Part shown: piece after piece, positions 20,564 through 30,099 of the stretch
Layout: every line of letters starts with the position of its first letter
Numbering within the stretch: position 1 is the stretch's first letter
Origin: Bacteroides sp.
GTDB taxonomy: Bacteria; Bacteroidota; Bacteroidia; Bacteroidales; GCA-2748055
DNA: 64,000 bases
Direction of reading: 5' to 3'
Assembly (NCBI GenBank): GCA_011056635.1
Contig: DSEO01000152.1
Location: 330-64,329, forward strand
The notes under the pieces: generated by a model
Told to the model about the DNA's origin: nothing
The model's database searches: none
What the model saw: the letters and a program-made list of their open reading frames with translations, nothing else
Position numbers and translations under genes: made by a program

Positions 20564-20593
20564 GATCGCACAATAAATCAAAGATCGCACAAT
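20564..20593. repeat. direct repeat GATCGCACAAT x2, 19-bp period, in a divergent promoter region
   Basis: Exact 11-mers at 20564-20574 and 20583-20593, between divergent genes 19693-20526(-) and 20757-21581(+). Confidence 0.6.
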
Positions 20594-20756
20594 TTTATGA
20601 AAATCCGGGAATAATTAAAAATTAATATGAAATATCCGACAGGGATGATACAGATCTTTTCGTGAGGCGCTGTGTTAAAATATTTTCCGTTAAAGTCCTT
20701 GACTTTAAACATTTGAAGCACTAACTTGGTTATTTGAACCAATCCATGCATTCCCC

Positions 20757-21581
20757 ATGAAAAAAATCATTCCATTGTTGTTCGTGCTGGCCATTCTTGC
20801 CATGGGATGCCCGCAGCAGGAACCTGAAGTTCAACAGGTGGAAATTGGACTCTACACCCCCTATTGGTTGTTTCCCGATATACTCAGCGGAAAAGTGAAG
20901 ATGGTAGTTGAGAGAAATTACCTGGCCGTTGAGAAGGACGGAGAATATGTGAAGGGTGAACGGTTAACGGTCGCTGCAAGGGATTCGATCAACTGGACCA
21001 ATGACCTCAGTATGACATTCGATGACAACGGCAACCTGCTGCAATGCGACCTGATCGATGAGAACGATGAACTGATCGACCGGACGAAACTTACCCTGAA
21101 GGACGGTCAAATCATCCGGGGAGATTATATCAGGGACGACACCCTTCGCAGTTATATGAAGATGACGTACGATGAGGCCGGTCACCTGACCGGGATTGAC
21201 CAGTTCAGGATGCCCGGGGACACACTGATGCGGAGCACACTTTTTACCTCGGATGAAAACGGGAATTTCCTGGAGTGGCAATTCTTCAACCCGGAAAACG
21301 AACCCACCGGAAAATATATTTTCACGGTGAACCAGGAGGGAAGGAGGACCGGTTACCAGTACTATAACGCAGAAGGTGATATCACGTTTGAACAGGAATT
21401 CACTTACAATGAAAAGGGATGCCTGGAGAAACAGGTGATGAGGTACGGTGAAGGTGAAGAGGATGTCTCTGAATACAGTTATGAATACGATGAAATGGGT
21501 AACTGGGTGAAGGTAACAGGGACCTCGGATCTTCATGGGCCCATCATCACTGAACGTACCATCACTTATTTCGGGGAATAA
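20757..21581 (+). CDS. hypothetical lipoprotein with YD/RHS-like short repeats
   Basis: Lipobox LAILAMGCPQ. Repeated D.NGN / Y.YDE.G motifs. Confidence 0.6.
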   Translation: MKKIIPLLFVLAILAMGCPQQEPEVQQVEIGLYTPYWLFPDILSGKVKMVVERNYLAVEKDGEYVKGERLTVAARDSINWTNDLSMTFDDNGNLLQCDLIDENDELIDRTKLTLKDGQIIRGDYIRDDTLRSYMKMTYDEAGHLTGIDQFRMPGDTLMRSTLFTSDENGNFLEWQFFNPENEPTGKYIFTVNQEGRRTGYQYYNAEGDITFEQEFTYNEKGCLEKQVMRYGEGEEDVSEYSYEYDEMGNWVKVTGTSDLHGPIITERTITYFGE

Positions 21582-21607
21582 AATTTTTTCTGCCGCACAA
21601 GCCCTTC

Positions 21608-21668
21608 AGGTCATCCCCTGAAGGGTAATTCATATATCCAGAAAGATATATGGGATGACCTTTTGTTT
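21608..21668 (+). terminator. candidate intrinsic terminator (composite hairpin + T-run)
   Basis: AGGTCATCC (21608-21616) pairs with GGATGACCT (21653-21661). This encloses the hairpin CATATATC/GATATATG (21631-21652) and is followed by TTTTGTTT. Confidence 0.4.
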
Positions 21669-21712
21669 ATGTTCGGGTGAATTTTTACTTTTATCTCCTC
21701 TAAAAGAATCCC

Positions 21713-22186
21713 ATGAGAAGAAACCATATCATGCTGGCTGTTGCTCTGATCACGCTTTTCAGCTGCATCCGGATTGAGGAAGAGCCGATCCTGACCATCA
21801 ATCCCACTGCGGATATTTCTGCACATATCAAAAACCAGAAAGTCTTCGCCACGGTACAGATCAATGTGAATCCGCAGATCCTCAGCGTGGGTAACGTCCC
21901 GCTCTATTATGAATACGGGGGAGAACTGGCCATATACAATACGGTCACCGGGACCATCATTGATGTGAATGCTTTTACCGGCGGGGGCCTCTCACAGGTC
22001 TATACCGTTTCTGCCGACACCACCTCACATAAACGGTTTGTGGTCATTGCTTCCGGCACCATCAATGCTTATGCCGATATCGGGGATGACGATGATCCGG
22101 CAAACGACAGGCTCCTCACCACCGGTGGTTTTTACAGCGAACAGCAGATCATTCCGGCTGAAATCCTGCCCGGGTTGGATGATTAG
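21713..22186 (+). CDS. hypothetical lipoprotein
   Basis: Lipobox LITLFSCIR. 157 aa with no competing ORF. Confidence 0.55.
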   Translation: MRRNHIMLAVALITLFSCIRIEEEPILTINPTADISAHIKNQKVFATVQINVNPQILSVGNVPLYYEYGGELAIYNTVTGTIIDVNAFTGGGLSQVYTVSADTTSHKRFVVIASGTINAYADIGDDDDPANDRLLTTGGFYSEQQIIPAEILPGLDD

Positions 22187-22216
22187 TCTTCACGCGATGT
22201 TCCCATCTTTAAAAAA

Positions 22217-23191
22217 TTGGTAACTTTCAGGCTGTATACAGGAAATGAATCAATGATGCACAGGGAGTTTTTACTCAGAGGAACGGTAACCGGGTTGGTC
22301 CTGTTTGGCCTGTATACCTTCGCGCTGGCTCAGCAGGTGCCCTCCAAACCGTTGTCAAATCCTGTCTACACCCCCATTGTCCTGAATCCGGCATACGCGG
22401 GAAGCAAAGATTACACACAGTTCAGCCTTACCTCAAAAGTCCTGAAATCACCGGACAGCCAGTTGCTCAATTTTCACAGGCGGCTCACCAAAAAAAATGG
22501 AAGTTTTACACCGTTTGGCCTGGGAGCCTATGCATTCCGGGACCAGCTCGGGGATTCATGGAACGCCGGTCTCGCCGTTGCCGGTACTTACCATATTTCC
22601 CTGGACAGGGCCAACGTACACATCCTTTCTCTGGGTGCCGCTCTGAAAGGGATCATGAACCTCCCCGCAACCGGTACCGAAGCAGGGACGGATTCTTTGA
22701 GCAATCAGCTTAATCCCAATATGGACCTGGGAATTTTTTATTACGGGCCCACCGCGTTCGCGGGAATTTCCACCACTTCGCTGCTCGGCACCTGGATGAA
22801 AGACGGGATTACCGAAAATTCGGAAGCCCATGTACCCCGTGAATATCATTTTTATGGCGGATATAAATTTGTATTAAGCAGGAAAAGCGCCGTGGTACTT
22901 GAACCTTCATTGCTGATTTCACTCAATGATTCGACCCTGTCGCAACCCCACCGGCACCTGGTCCCCTATCTGAAACTATATCTGCAGAATTTCTATATCG
23001 GATCTTACTTTAAGTCTGTGGACCAGGTGGCCCTGTTCTTTCAATACCAGTTCCCGAGATTCTTTGCCGGGGTTTTCCTGGAGTTCCCCAGGGTGGGATT
23101 CCTGAACGATGAGAACATCATTTTTGAGATCTCCCTGGGGGTGAACCTCGGGCAGGATAAACAAACTTTCCTGCAATACAGACACTGGTAA
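22217..23191 (+). CDS. PorP/SprF family type IX secretion system membrane protein
   Basis: LNPAYAGSKDY and MDLGIFYYGPTAFAGIS motifs typical of the PorP/SprF beta-barrel family. The start may be 22253 (MMHREF). Confidence 0.75.
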   Translation: MVTFRLYTGNESMMHREFLLRGTVTGLVLFGLYTFALAQQVPSKPLSNPVYTPIVLNPAYAGSKDYTQFSLTSKVLKSPDSQLLNFHRRLTKKNGSFTPFGLGAYAFRDQLGDSWNAGLAVAGTYHISLDRANVHILSLGAALKGIMNLPATGTEAGTDSLSNQLNPNMDLGIFYYGPTAFAGISTTSLLGTWMKDGITENSEAHVPREYHFYGGYKFVLSRKSAVVLEPSLLISLNDSTLSQPHRHLVPYLKLYLQNFYIGSYFKSVDQVALFFQYQFPRFFAGVFLEFPRVGFLNDENIIFEISLGVNLGQDKQTFLQYRHW

Positions 23192-23202
23192 ATACTGTTC
23201 GT

Positions 23203-24690
23203 ATGACTACTGGTAAATTACATATGCTCCCTGGCTGCATCGCGATGATGCTAGTTTTCATCCTTCCGCCGAAGGCGTACGGAACCATCCTGCAGATTCC
23301 CGATGAGGATCCCATGCAGCTGAAGGGATCACTGAAAAGGGATACCGTTCACCTGACGATCCGTGGTCCTTCGAATGATGTTGCCTTCTACATGAATGGA
23401 CTGGTATTCCTGTCCAATTCCAAATACCACCAGAAAATGATCCCCGACCACATCACATTCGGTCAGGAACAGGCATATTTCGTTCCCCTTGAATTTATTT
23501 CACAGGAGAGCAGCAAACCGCTTTTCGAAAATGATCCCTTCCCCTATCCCCCGGGAGGCATGTCATTCACCAGGGACTACAGCAAAGTCTATTTTACGAA
23601 GCCCATCGAATTATCGGGAAGGAGAACGGTTGAAAAGATCTATGAAATGTCTATTGTTCAGTCCGGCGGATCCGAGCACAAGATCTTGCCCTTCTGTGAC
23701 GACCCATCCCGCTGCATGCATCCCGCCGTCTCCACGGACGGATCGCTGATGGTCTTTGCCTCTGACCGGATGCCTTCAAGCGGAGGACTCGATCTGTTCA
23801 TGAGCGAAAAGTCGGGGAATGGATGGTCAGCCCCCGTCAATCTGGGAAGGACCATCAACACGTCCGGACACGAATGGTACCCCTTCCTGGATCACCACAA
23901 AAATCTTTATTTTTCTTCCACAGGACACATGGGGCTCGGTGGTTATGACATTTATATATGCCCGTTCAACGGTATCGGATGGGGTGAACCCATGAACATG
24001 ACCGAGTTCATTAACAGTGAAAAGGACGAGATTGCATTTTCCATTCATCCCAACAAGCGGATCGCGGTGTATTCCACCTCCTATGGATCTGACCGGTCGC
24101 ATGCACAGGTCTATCTCGTTTCGCTGAAAACGGATGTGATTCCACCGGATCATACAGCGGAAACGTTACAAAATGACCTGGCAACGTTTTTCCTTGAGAT
24201 GGCCGAACCGGGTTATACCGCCACCCAGCCGGCTGTCAGGGAAGAGGTAGCAGATGAACAGCTGGCTGAAAAAACAGAACAGGTTGCAGAGGAAGAGCAG
24301 GTTTCAGAGGAGGCAGTTCCGGTGGAGGAAGTTCCGGTGGAGGAAGAGATCTTGCCGGCGGATGAAACATCCCGGGTGGAAACAGCGGAACCTTTGCAGC
24401 AAAAGGCCGAAGCGGCCGGGACCGAAGCTGACCAGGTGGTTTTTCGCGTGCAGATCCTTTCCAGCATGAAACCCAAAACAAAGTCCGCCGTCACCATTGC
24501 AGGGAAAAAATACGACACATTCGAATACCTTTACAAGGGTGCCTACCGGATCACCGTGGGCGCTTTTTCAGATGTGCAGGATGCACTGGAATTCAGGAAC
24601 ACCTGCAGGAGGGCAGGATACGACCAGGCATTTGTGGCAGCTTTCCGGAATGATGAACGGGAACTGGATCCCTCGGTATTCGACAGATAA
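23203..24690 (+). CDS. PD40 (TolB-like) repeat protein with acidic linker and C-terminal SPOR domain
   Basis: PD40-like repeats (STDGSLMVFASDR...GGLDLF and YFSSTGHMGLGGYDIY). E/V/P-rich linker. C-terminal VVFRVQILSS...YRITVGAFSDVQDALEF is SPOR-like. Confidence 0.75.
   Translation: MTTGKLHMLPGCIAMMLVFILPPKAYGTILQIPDEDPMQLKGSLKRDTVHLTIRGPSNDVAFYMNGLVFLSNSKYHQKMIPDHITFGQEQAYFVPLEFISQESSKPLFENDPFPYPPGGMSFTRDYSKVYFTKPIELSGRRTVEKIYEMSIVQSGGSEHKILPFCDDPSRCMHPAVSTDGSLMVFASDRMPSSGGLDLFMSEKSGNGWSAPVNLGRTINTSGHEWYPFLDHHKNLYFSSTGHMGLGGYDIYICPFNGIGWGEPMNMTEFINSEKDEIAFSIHPNKRIAVYSTSYGSDRSHAQVYLVSLKTDVIPPDHTAETLQNDLATFFLEMAEPGYTATQPAVREEVADEQLAEKTEQVAEEEQVSEEAVPVEEVPVEEEILPADETSRVETAEPLQQKAEAAGTEADQVVFRVQILSSMKPKTKSAVTIAGKKYDTFEYLYKGAYRITVGAFSDVQDALEFRNTCRRAGYDQAFVAAFRNDERELDPSVFDR
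24316..24345. repeat. perfect 15-bp tandem duplication (GTTCCGGTGGAGGAA x2) inside the acidic linker
   Basis: In frame; encodes VPVEE-VPVEE. Confidence 0.8.
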
Positions 24691-25480
24691 TTCCTCTTTA
24701 CCCTTGAAACAGTTAAAAAAGAAGTTTTACTTCAGCGAGCTGAAAAAGCTGCAACTTGAGCTGGTGAAAATGCACGAGTGGGTCAGGGCCAAAGACCTCC
24801 GGGTCGTGGTCATCTTCGAAGGCCGCGATGCTGCGGGGAAGGGCGGGGTCATCAAACGCATCACCCAGCGGCTCAATCCCAGGATATGCAGGGTGGTCGC
24901 CCTGGGCGTGCCCACCGAACGGGAAAAGACACAGTGGTATTTCCAGCGGTATGTGGCCCATCTGCCCGCAGCCGGAGAAATTGTCCTTTTTGACCGCAGC
25001 TGGTATAACCGCGCCGGGGTGGAAAGGGTGATGGGATATTGCACGGATGAGGAATACTGGGATTTCCTGCGCTCCTGTCCGCGTTTCGAGGAATTGCTGA
25101 TCCATTCCGGGATCATACTGATCAAATACTGGTTCTCGGTCAGTGATGAAGAACAGGAAAACCGCTTCAGGGAGCGGATCGAAGATCCCCTTAAAAGATG
25201 GAAGTTCAGTGAAATGGATCTCGGATCAAGAAGCAGCTGGGTGGAATACAGCAGGGCCAAAGATGAAATGTTCTCCTATACCGATACGAAAATTTCCCCC
25301 TGGTATGTGGTCAATGCAGATGATAAGAGGAGGGCCCGGCTTAATTGTATCCATCACCTGTTGTCTTTCATTCCCTATGAAGAGATCAGGCATAAGAAGA
25401 TTGAACTCCCTCCCATCAGCAAGGAAGGGTATATCAGGCCACCCATCACAGAGCAGACTTTCGTGCCCGGGGTATACTGA
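24650..25480 (+). CDS. ppk2: polyphosphate kinase 2 (PPK2)
   Basis: VVIFEGRDAAGKGG P-loop, QWYFQRY and FDRSWYNRAGVERVMG motifs. I place the start at the ATG at 24650 or 24653, overlapping the upstream gene by about 40 nt. Confidence 0.85.
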   Translation: MMNGNWIPRYSTDNSSLPLKQLKKKFYFSELKKLQLELVKMHEWVRAKDLRVVVIFEGRDAAGKGGVIKRITQRLNPRICRVVALGVPTEREKTQWYFQRYVAHLPAAGEIVLFDRSWYNRAGVERVMGYCTDEEYWDFLRSCPRFEELLIHSGIILIKYWFSVSDEEQENRFRERIEDPLKRWKFSEMDLGSRSSWVEYSRAKDEMFSYTDTKISPWYVVNADDKRRARLNCIHHLLSFIPYEEIRHKKIELPPISKEGYIRPPITEQTFVPGVY

Positions 25481-25508
25481 AGGAAACCAAAAACGTTAAG
25501 TAAAAAAA

Positions 25509-26195
25509 ATGAACATGGTACGTATTCATCAGAACTTGAAAAAAAGAACACTTTGTGCGGTCATTGCACTGCCCCTGGCTTTCGTATGCCTGGTTTCCTG
25601 CAAAACAGATAACCGGGTGAACCTGTTCAACGGGGAAGATCTGGATAACTGGACCGTATTCGTGGGTGATGCAGCGGTGGATCCGTCAGAACTCTTTACC
25701 GTTGCAAATGGTGTGATCAGGGTGGCAGGAACGGCCAACGGCTATATCCGCACAAAAGAAAGTTACAGCAATTATGAACTCCACGTGGAGTGGAGATGGA
25801 CCGGGGAGCCGGTGAACAGCGGAGTGCTGCTCCATGTGCAGGATGAGGACATGATCTGGCCCAATTCCATAGAATGCCAGCTCAAACATCAAAATGCCGG
25901 GGATGTGGTCCTGATAGGGGATGGTGCCAGGATCAGCATGGGTGAATCGACCTACAGGGTGGAACCGGAAGAGAACAGGTTTGTTATCATTCCCCGCATG
26001 GAAGAAAGCAGTGAAAATCCAGCCGGTGAATGGAACAGTTATGACATCAGGTCAGTGAACGGAGATCTTGAAGTGAAGGTGAATGGTGTTCTCCAGAACA
26101 GCGGTTCGGGGATGACCCCGGCAGAAGGCAAAATTGCGTTGCAGTCCGAAGGAGCCCCCATGGAGTTCAGGAACATTTACATGATTCCCCTCTAG
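25509..26195 (+). CDS. DUF1080 (3-keto-disaccharide hydrolase-like) domain protein
   Basis: Signal/lipobox LVSCKT, NLFNGEDLDNWTVF and C-terminal IALQSEGAPMEFRNIYMIPL. Confidence 0.75.
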   Translation: MNMVRIHQNLKKRTLCAVIALPLAFVCLVSCKTDNRVNLFNGEDLDNWTVFVGDAAVDPSELFTVANGVIRVAGTANGYIRTKESYSNYELHVEWRWTGEPVNSGVLLHVQDEDMIWPNSIECQLKHQNAGDVVLIGDGARISMGESTYRVEPEENRFVIIPRMEESSENPAGEWNSYDIRSVNGDLEVKVNGVLQNSGSGMTPAEGKIALQSEGAPMEFRNIYMIPL

Positions 26196-26210
26196 AACAT
26201 CCAGGGGATC

Positions 26211-27845
26211 CTACCACAGGGAAAAGGGATTATCCACTGCAATGGGATCCCTGTAGCGCGCTACATTGAAACCCACCTTGAAGGCCAGCCGGGTCATCTT
26301 CAGGAATTTATCATAATCGATCCTTTCCTCGTCGTCGGTAACCTGGTGATAATCCGTATGGGTCCCGGTGGAATAAAAGAGCACCGGGATATCCTTCCTG
26401 GCGAAATTGATATGATCGCTCCGGTAAAAATAGCGTTCGGGATGGTTCCTGTCGTTATATGTATAATTTCCCTGCATACCCATTTCACGCAGCGTTTGTT
26501 CATTGATCTCCATCAGCACACGGCTCTGCAGCGCCCCGATCACCTTGACCGAATCGCCTCCCACGATGGTGAGATCCCTGCCACTTTCCGCATCCTTCCG
26601 GGTCTTTGTCCTTCCCACCATATCCAGGTTGATCACAGCGGCAATATTTTCCGCCGGAACCAGGGGATTTGCCGCAAAGTATTCCGAACCGAACAGGCCG
26701 ATCTCTTCTCCCGAAACCCATAAGAATCCAATACCTCTCGGGGGATGCTTCTTTTCCTTCATGAATGCCTCGGCGATCTCGATCAGGGCAACTGTTCCCG
26801 ATGCATTGTCGTCCGCCCCGTTGAACACAGCCCCCGAGTTGTCGGTCCCCACGTGATCGAAATGCGCCGTGTAAATGACCACCTCGTCTCTGCGTTGCGG
26901 ATCGCTTCCTTCAATCATCCCGAATACATTGGGCACCATCATCTCCCGTTCCCGGGTTCTCATCGCGATCCGGATCTGCTTTCCTTCCAGATGGAAGGAG
27001 CGCGGAGTCATGTTCCGGTCTATTTCCTGCTGAAGCCGGGCCAGATCACGGCCGGTCCCTTCCAGGATCAGATCCGCCAGATTCCTGTGAATCAGTATCA
27101 TTTTCGGCCGGTCCTCCTGTGCCTGCAACCCCGTATCCTCCATTTTCAATCCCCTTGACTTCCCGAGATAATCTGCGATCCGGGGATTGATGTCTTCGAT
27201 GGACCGGATCCCTGATTTCGGATCAAACACCTGCAGCACTGCTTTGGGCTGACGGCTGTACAGGGCCTGCATCTTATACTGGAGGCACTGCATGCTGTTC
27301 CACTTCTCGTTGTCAAACAACGCTTCATCACCAGTCTCATTCATGGGCCCCCGGTTCATGATCAGCACCACTTTGTCGCGGATATCGATCCCTTCAAGAT
27401 CGTTATAACCGTTCTTTTCATCCATGATCCCGTATCCTGCAAAAACAATCTCTCCTTCGATGACCAGGGAATCATGTCCCGCGGAGGGCAGCACAAAGAA
27501 ATGATCCTGGCTGACCACCGGATCCCTTCCCTGTTCCCGGATGGTAACAGCGGACCCGTTCCAGTCGATTTCCCCCTCCAGAATCGAGTAATACTGCAAA
27601 TAATCCCGGTCCCCATCGGCCGGCTGAAGTCCGATCCTGGCAGCCTGAACAGCCAGGTAACGGGCTGCGATATCCAGGCCGGGTTCTCCCGTAGCCCTTC
27701 CCTGCAATTCATCCGAGGCCAGAAATTTCATATGCGTTTCCAGATCCGCCCGTTCAATGGACCTGAGTTCCCGCTTCTGTGCGTGGACCGGTGAAATGAC
27801 AATGAAACAGACAAAACAGGTGATCGCCGGCAGTATTGTTTTCAT
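26211..27845 (-). CDS. M28 family metallopeptidase with PA domain
   Basis: GADDNASGTVALIEIAEAF and SGEEIGLFGS motifs. Signal peptide from MKTILPAIT. Confidence 0.85.
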   Translation of the reverse strand: MKTILPAITCFVCFIVISPVHAQKRELRSIERADLETHMKFLASDELQGRATGEPGLDIAARYLAVQAARIGLQPADGDRDYLQYYSILEGEIDWNGSAVTIREQGRDPVVSQDHFFVLPSAGHDSLVIEGEIVFAGYGIMDEKNGYNDLEGIDIRDKVVLIMNRGPMNETGDEALFDNEKWNSMQCLQYKMQALYSRQPKAVLQVFDPKSGIRSIEDINPRIADYLGKSRGLKMEDTGLQAQEDRPKMILIHRNLADLILEGTGRDLARLQQEIDRNMTPRSFHLEGKQIRIAMRTREREMMVPNVFGMIEGSDPQRRDEVVIYTAHFDHVGTDNSGAVFNGADDNASGTVALIEIAEAFMKEKKHPPRGIGFLWVSGEEIGLFGSEYFAANPLVPAENIAAVINLDMVGRTKTRKDAESGRDLTIVGGDSVKVIGALQSRVLMEINEQTLREMGMQGNYTYNDRNHPERYFYRSDHINFARKDIPVLFYSTGTHTDYHQVTDDEERIDYDKFLKMTRLAFKVGFNVARYRDPIAVDNPFSLW

Positions 27846-27885
27846 GGGTACAAAGTTGAAAATAATTATGGCAGTCAATAAACCC

Positions 27886-30072
27886 TCAAACCTCCAGGTT
27901 TGTCATCTCCGGAGTGGACTCGAATTCATATTCCGGGTAATCATATACAGGAATGCGGTGTTCGGTCTGACCCAGCGAGTATCCATATACACTCAAATAC
28001 TCTTCCCTTTTTTCTCCCAGCTCCTCCAGCTGGTTCAGATATTCATGGATCGATTTGGATTCGATGATGATCATCTTTCCCATCTGCCGGATGATCGGAC
28101 TGTGGACCCTGGTTTCATCATGGTCGAACTCAAGAATCCTCCGGCCATAACGGGTGATGCCGATCACCCTGAAGGTCATACTCTTTCCCACCCCCGGAAG
28201 GTTCAGAACATTCCGGTCCGTTGCCAGAAAAGGGAGATTGGCGCTGTGCCGCAGGGCATCGATGTTTTCCACCATCAGGTTGGCTTCTTCAGGAAAATTC
28301 CGGATGGTGTCATAGTATTTTTCATCGATCTGTCCGATTACCTTTTCTTCAAGCTGTTCCTGTACTACCCTGGCATTGGGTGCAAAGCTGTAATTATTTT
28401 CCATGTATCCCTTGACGGTAAAAGTATAGTACGGCAGCACGCCGATATCATTGAGCACCTTCCTGAGCTTGACAGAATGGCCTCTCCTGGAAGCAGTGGT
28501 GGTGAAGACAAGCTGGTTGGTTACCGTCCAGCCCGCTGCGATCAGTCTCTGGATGGCCGTGGCGGACTCAGGAGTCACTTCCATCGGGGATTCGTAATGG
28601 GTCTGAATCAGGAATTGTTTGATTCCTATTTTCGAGGCCTTCTCTTTGAATTCACTGAGCACCTGGACCAGGCTCAGGGTTACCCGCTGGGGCAGATAAA
28701 CCGGAAGCCGGGTACCGATCCTGATCCGGACGATCTCGGCAAATTTTTCTCCCTCAGGCAGGCTTTCATTCCTCTTTTTCTTTCGCATGGCCATTTCGTA
28801 GATCTCGTCCAGCAGGTGCCGCAGGGACTTGTCCGAGCTCATCAGGCCGTCTCCCCCGGTAATCAGGATGTCCCTCAACTGCGAATCCTCCTCAAAATAG
28901 TCCATCAACCGCCTTAGTTTTTCAGGCCAGGACTCATTGGGAGCAAGTTTTTCCAGGTTGAAATTCAACCGCCCCCCCTGGAAATCATACATGCGCTGAC
29001 AGGATGAACACAGTCCCCCGCAAGCCCTGCCCACGGTATCCGGAATGAGGATGGCCACTTCCGGATACCGGCGGTGGATATTGTGCCCTTCCGGCAGGAT
29101 CCATCCTGCGACATTGGGCTTTCCAGCCTCTACTTTGTCCTCTTTCTCCCAGGCCACAATGTTCCCGAACTCCTCCACCAGCTGCTTGCTGTATACCACG
29201 TAATGGCGGATGGCCAGGTCTGCACCGATTGCAAAATAAGGCACCCGCACATGTAAAAGGGAAAGGTAATAGGGATTCACAAAAAAAGGGATCCCTGCGT
29301 TTTTTGCTTCCTCCAGGATTTTCATCGTATCCGGATCCAGTGAATAGTCCAGCATTTCATTCAGCAGTTCCGGTGTCCTGACGGCAAAACGCAGATGGAA
29401 ATGGTGATCTTCCCACCATCGCTGCACCCTTTCCGTTTTTTCCTCATCAGACAGGTTCGGTTCGAACTGGTATTTCTCACTTTTGATCTCTCCCCTGCCG
29501 ATCCTGTCTATGATAATCCGAATAATACGCATTTTATTTTCTTCCCTGAGCTGTATGATCCGGGGGTCAAGTCCCGATGGGTAGCGTTCCATCCATTCAT
29601 GCACCTGGTCAGCCCCGGGTGCCTCCTGTTTGCTGTCACCCCTGAGCTGCCTGAACAACATGATCATATCCACAAAAAAATCCGGTTTGGCCCCTCCGGT
29701 CCCTTTATTCACTGCCAGCCAGATAAGCCGCAGCGGATTGCTTACCGCAATTTCCCCCCGCAGGTTCAGATCGGGGTATTCAATCCCTGCGTGGTCGATG
29801 TAATCCAGCATCCGTATGATGGCATAATCGCGCCACTCCAGTTTCTCAAACAGTTCTCTTGTGGCATGCCTGGCATGATAGAATTTAAATGCATTCTTCC
29901 GGTCCTTCAGATTTTTTTCTATCCATTCGCGTACACCCACCACCACTTCGGTCTCATTCTTCGAATTTCGCAGGATCTCCTCGAATTCGGGATTTTCAGA
30001 CAGGAGTTGCTTGAGCAGTTTGTGCGATCGAACACTGATGGCAATCCTGTCCAGCTTTTCTATTTCTGTCAT
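27886..30072 (-). CDS. KamA-family radical SAM/PLP aminomutase, long form (728 aa)
   Basis: HRRYPEVAILIPDTVGRACGGLCSSC (CxxxCxxC), ILITGGD, and PGVGK (PLP-lysine position). PYYTFTVK and VLNLPGVGK stand where Lys-type LAM has PYY.YQCD and VDAPGGGGK. Confidence 0.85.
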   Translation of the reverse strand: MTEIEKLDRIAISVRSHKLLKQLLSENPEFEEILRNSKNETEVVVGVREWIEKNLKDRKNAFKFYHARHATRELFEKLEWRDYAIIRMLDYIDHAGIEYPDLNLRGEIAVSNPLRLIWLAVNKGTGGAKPDFFVDMIMLFRQLRGDSKQEAPGADQVHEWMERYPSGLDPRIIQLREENKMRIIRIIIDRIGRGEIKSEKYQFEPNLSDEEKTERVQRWWEDHHFHLRFAVRTPELLNEMLDYSLDPDTMKILEEAKNAGIPFFVNPYYLSLLHVRVPYFAIGADLAIRHYVVYSKQLVEEFGNIVAWEKEDKVEAGKPNVAGWILPEGHNIHRRYPEVAILIPDTVGRACGGLCSSCQRMYDFQGGRLNFNLEKLAPNESWPEKLRRLMDYFEEDSQLRDILITGGDGLMSSDKSLRHLLDEIYEMAMRKKKRNESLPEGEKFAEIVRIRIGTRLPVYLPQRVTLSLVQVLSEFKEKASKIGIKQFLIQTHYESPMEVTPESATAIQRLIAAGWTVTNQLVFTTTASRRGHSVKLRKVLNDIGVLPYYTFTVKGYMENNYSFAPNARVVQEQLEEKVIGQIDEKYYDTIRNFPEEANLMVENIDALRHSANLPFLATDRNVLNLPGVGKSMTFRVIGITRYGRRILEFDHDETRVHSPIIRQMGKMIIIESKSIHEYLNQLEELGEKREEYLSVYGYSLGQTEHRIPVYDYPEYEFESTPEMTNLEV

Positions 30073-30099
30073 GATTTGGAGTTTTGATCATAAGTAAGC

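Noticed and set aside
24497-24649. The upstream extension of the PPK2 ORF (track start 24497) would overlap the SPOR-domain gene by 194 nt.
   Set aside because: The extension (MQGKNTTHSNTFTRVPTGSP...) has no PPK2 similarity and lies over the well-supported SPOR domain in another frame. The ATG at 24650/24653 gives a normal-length PPK2.
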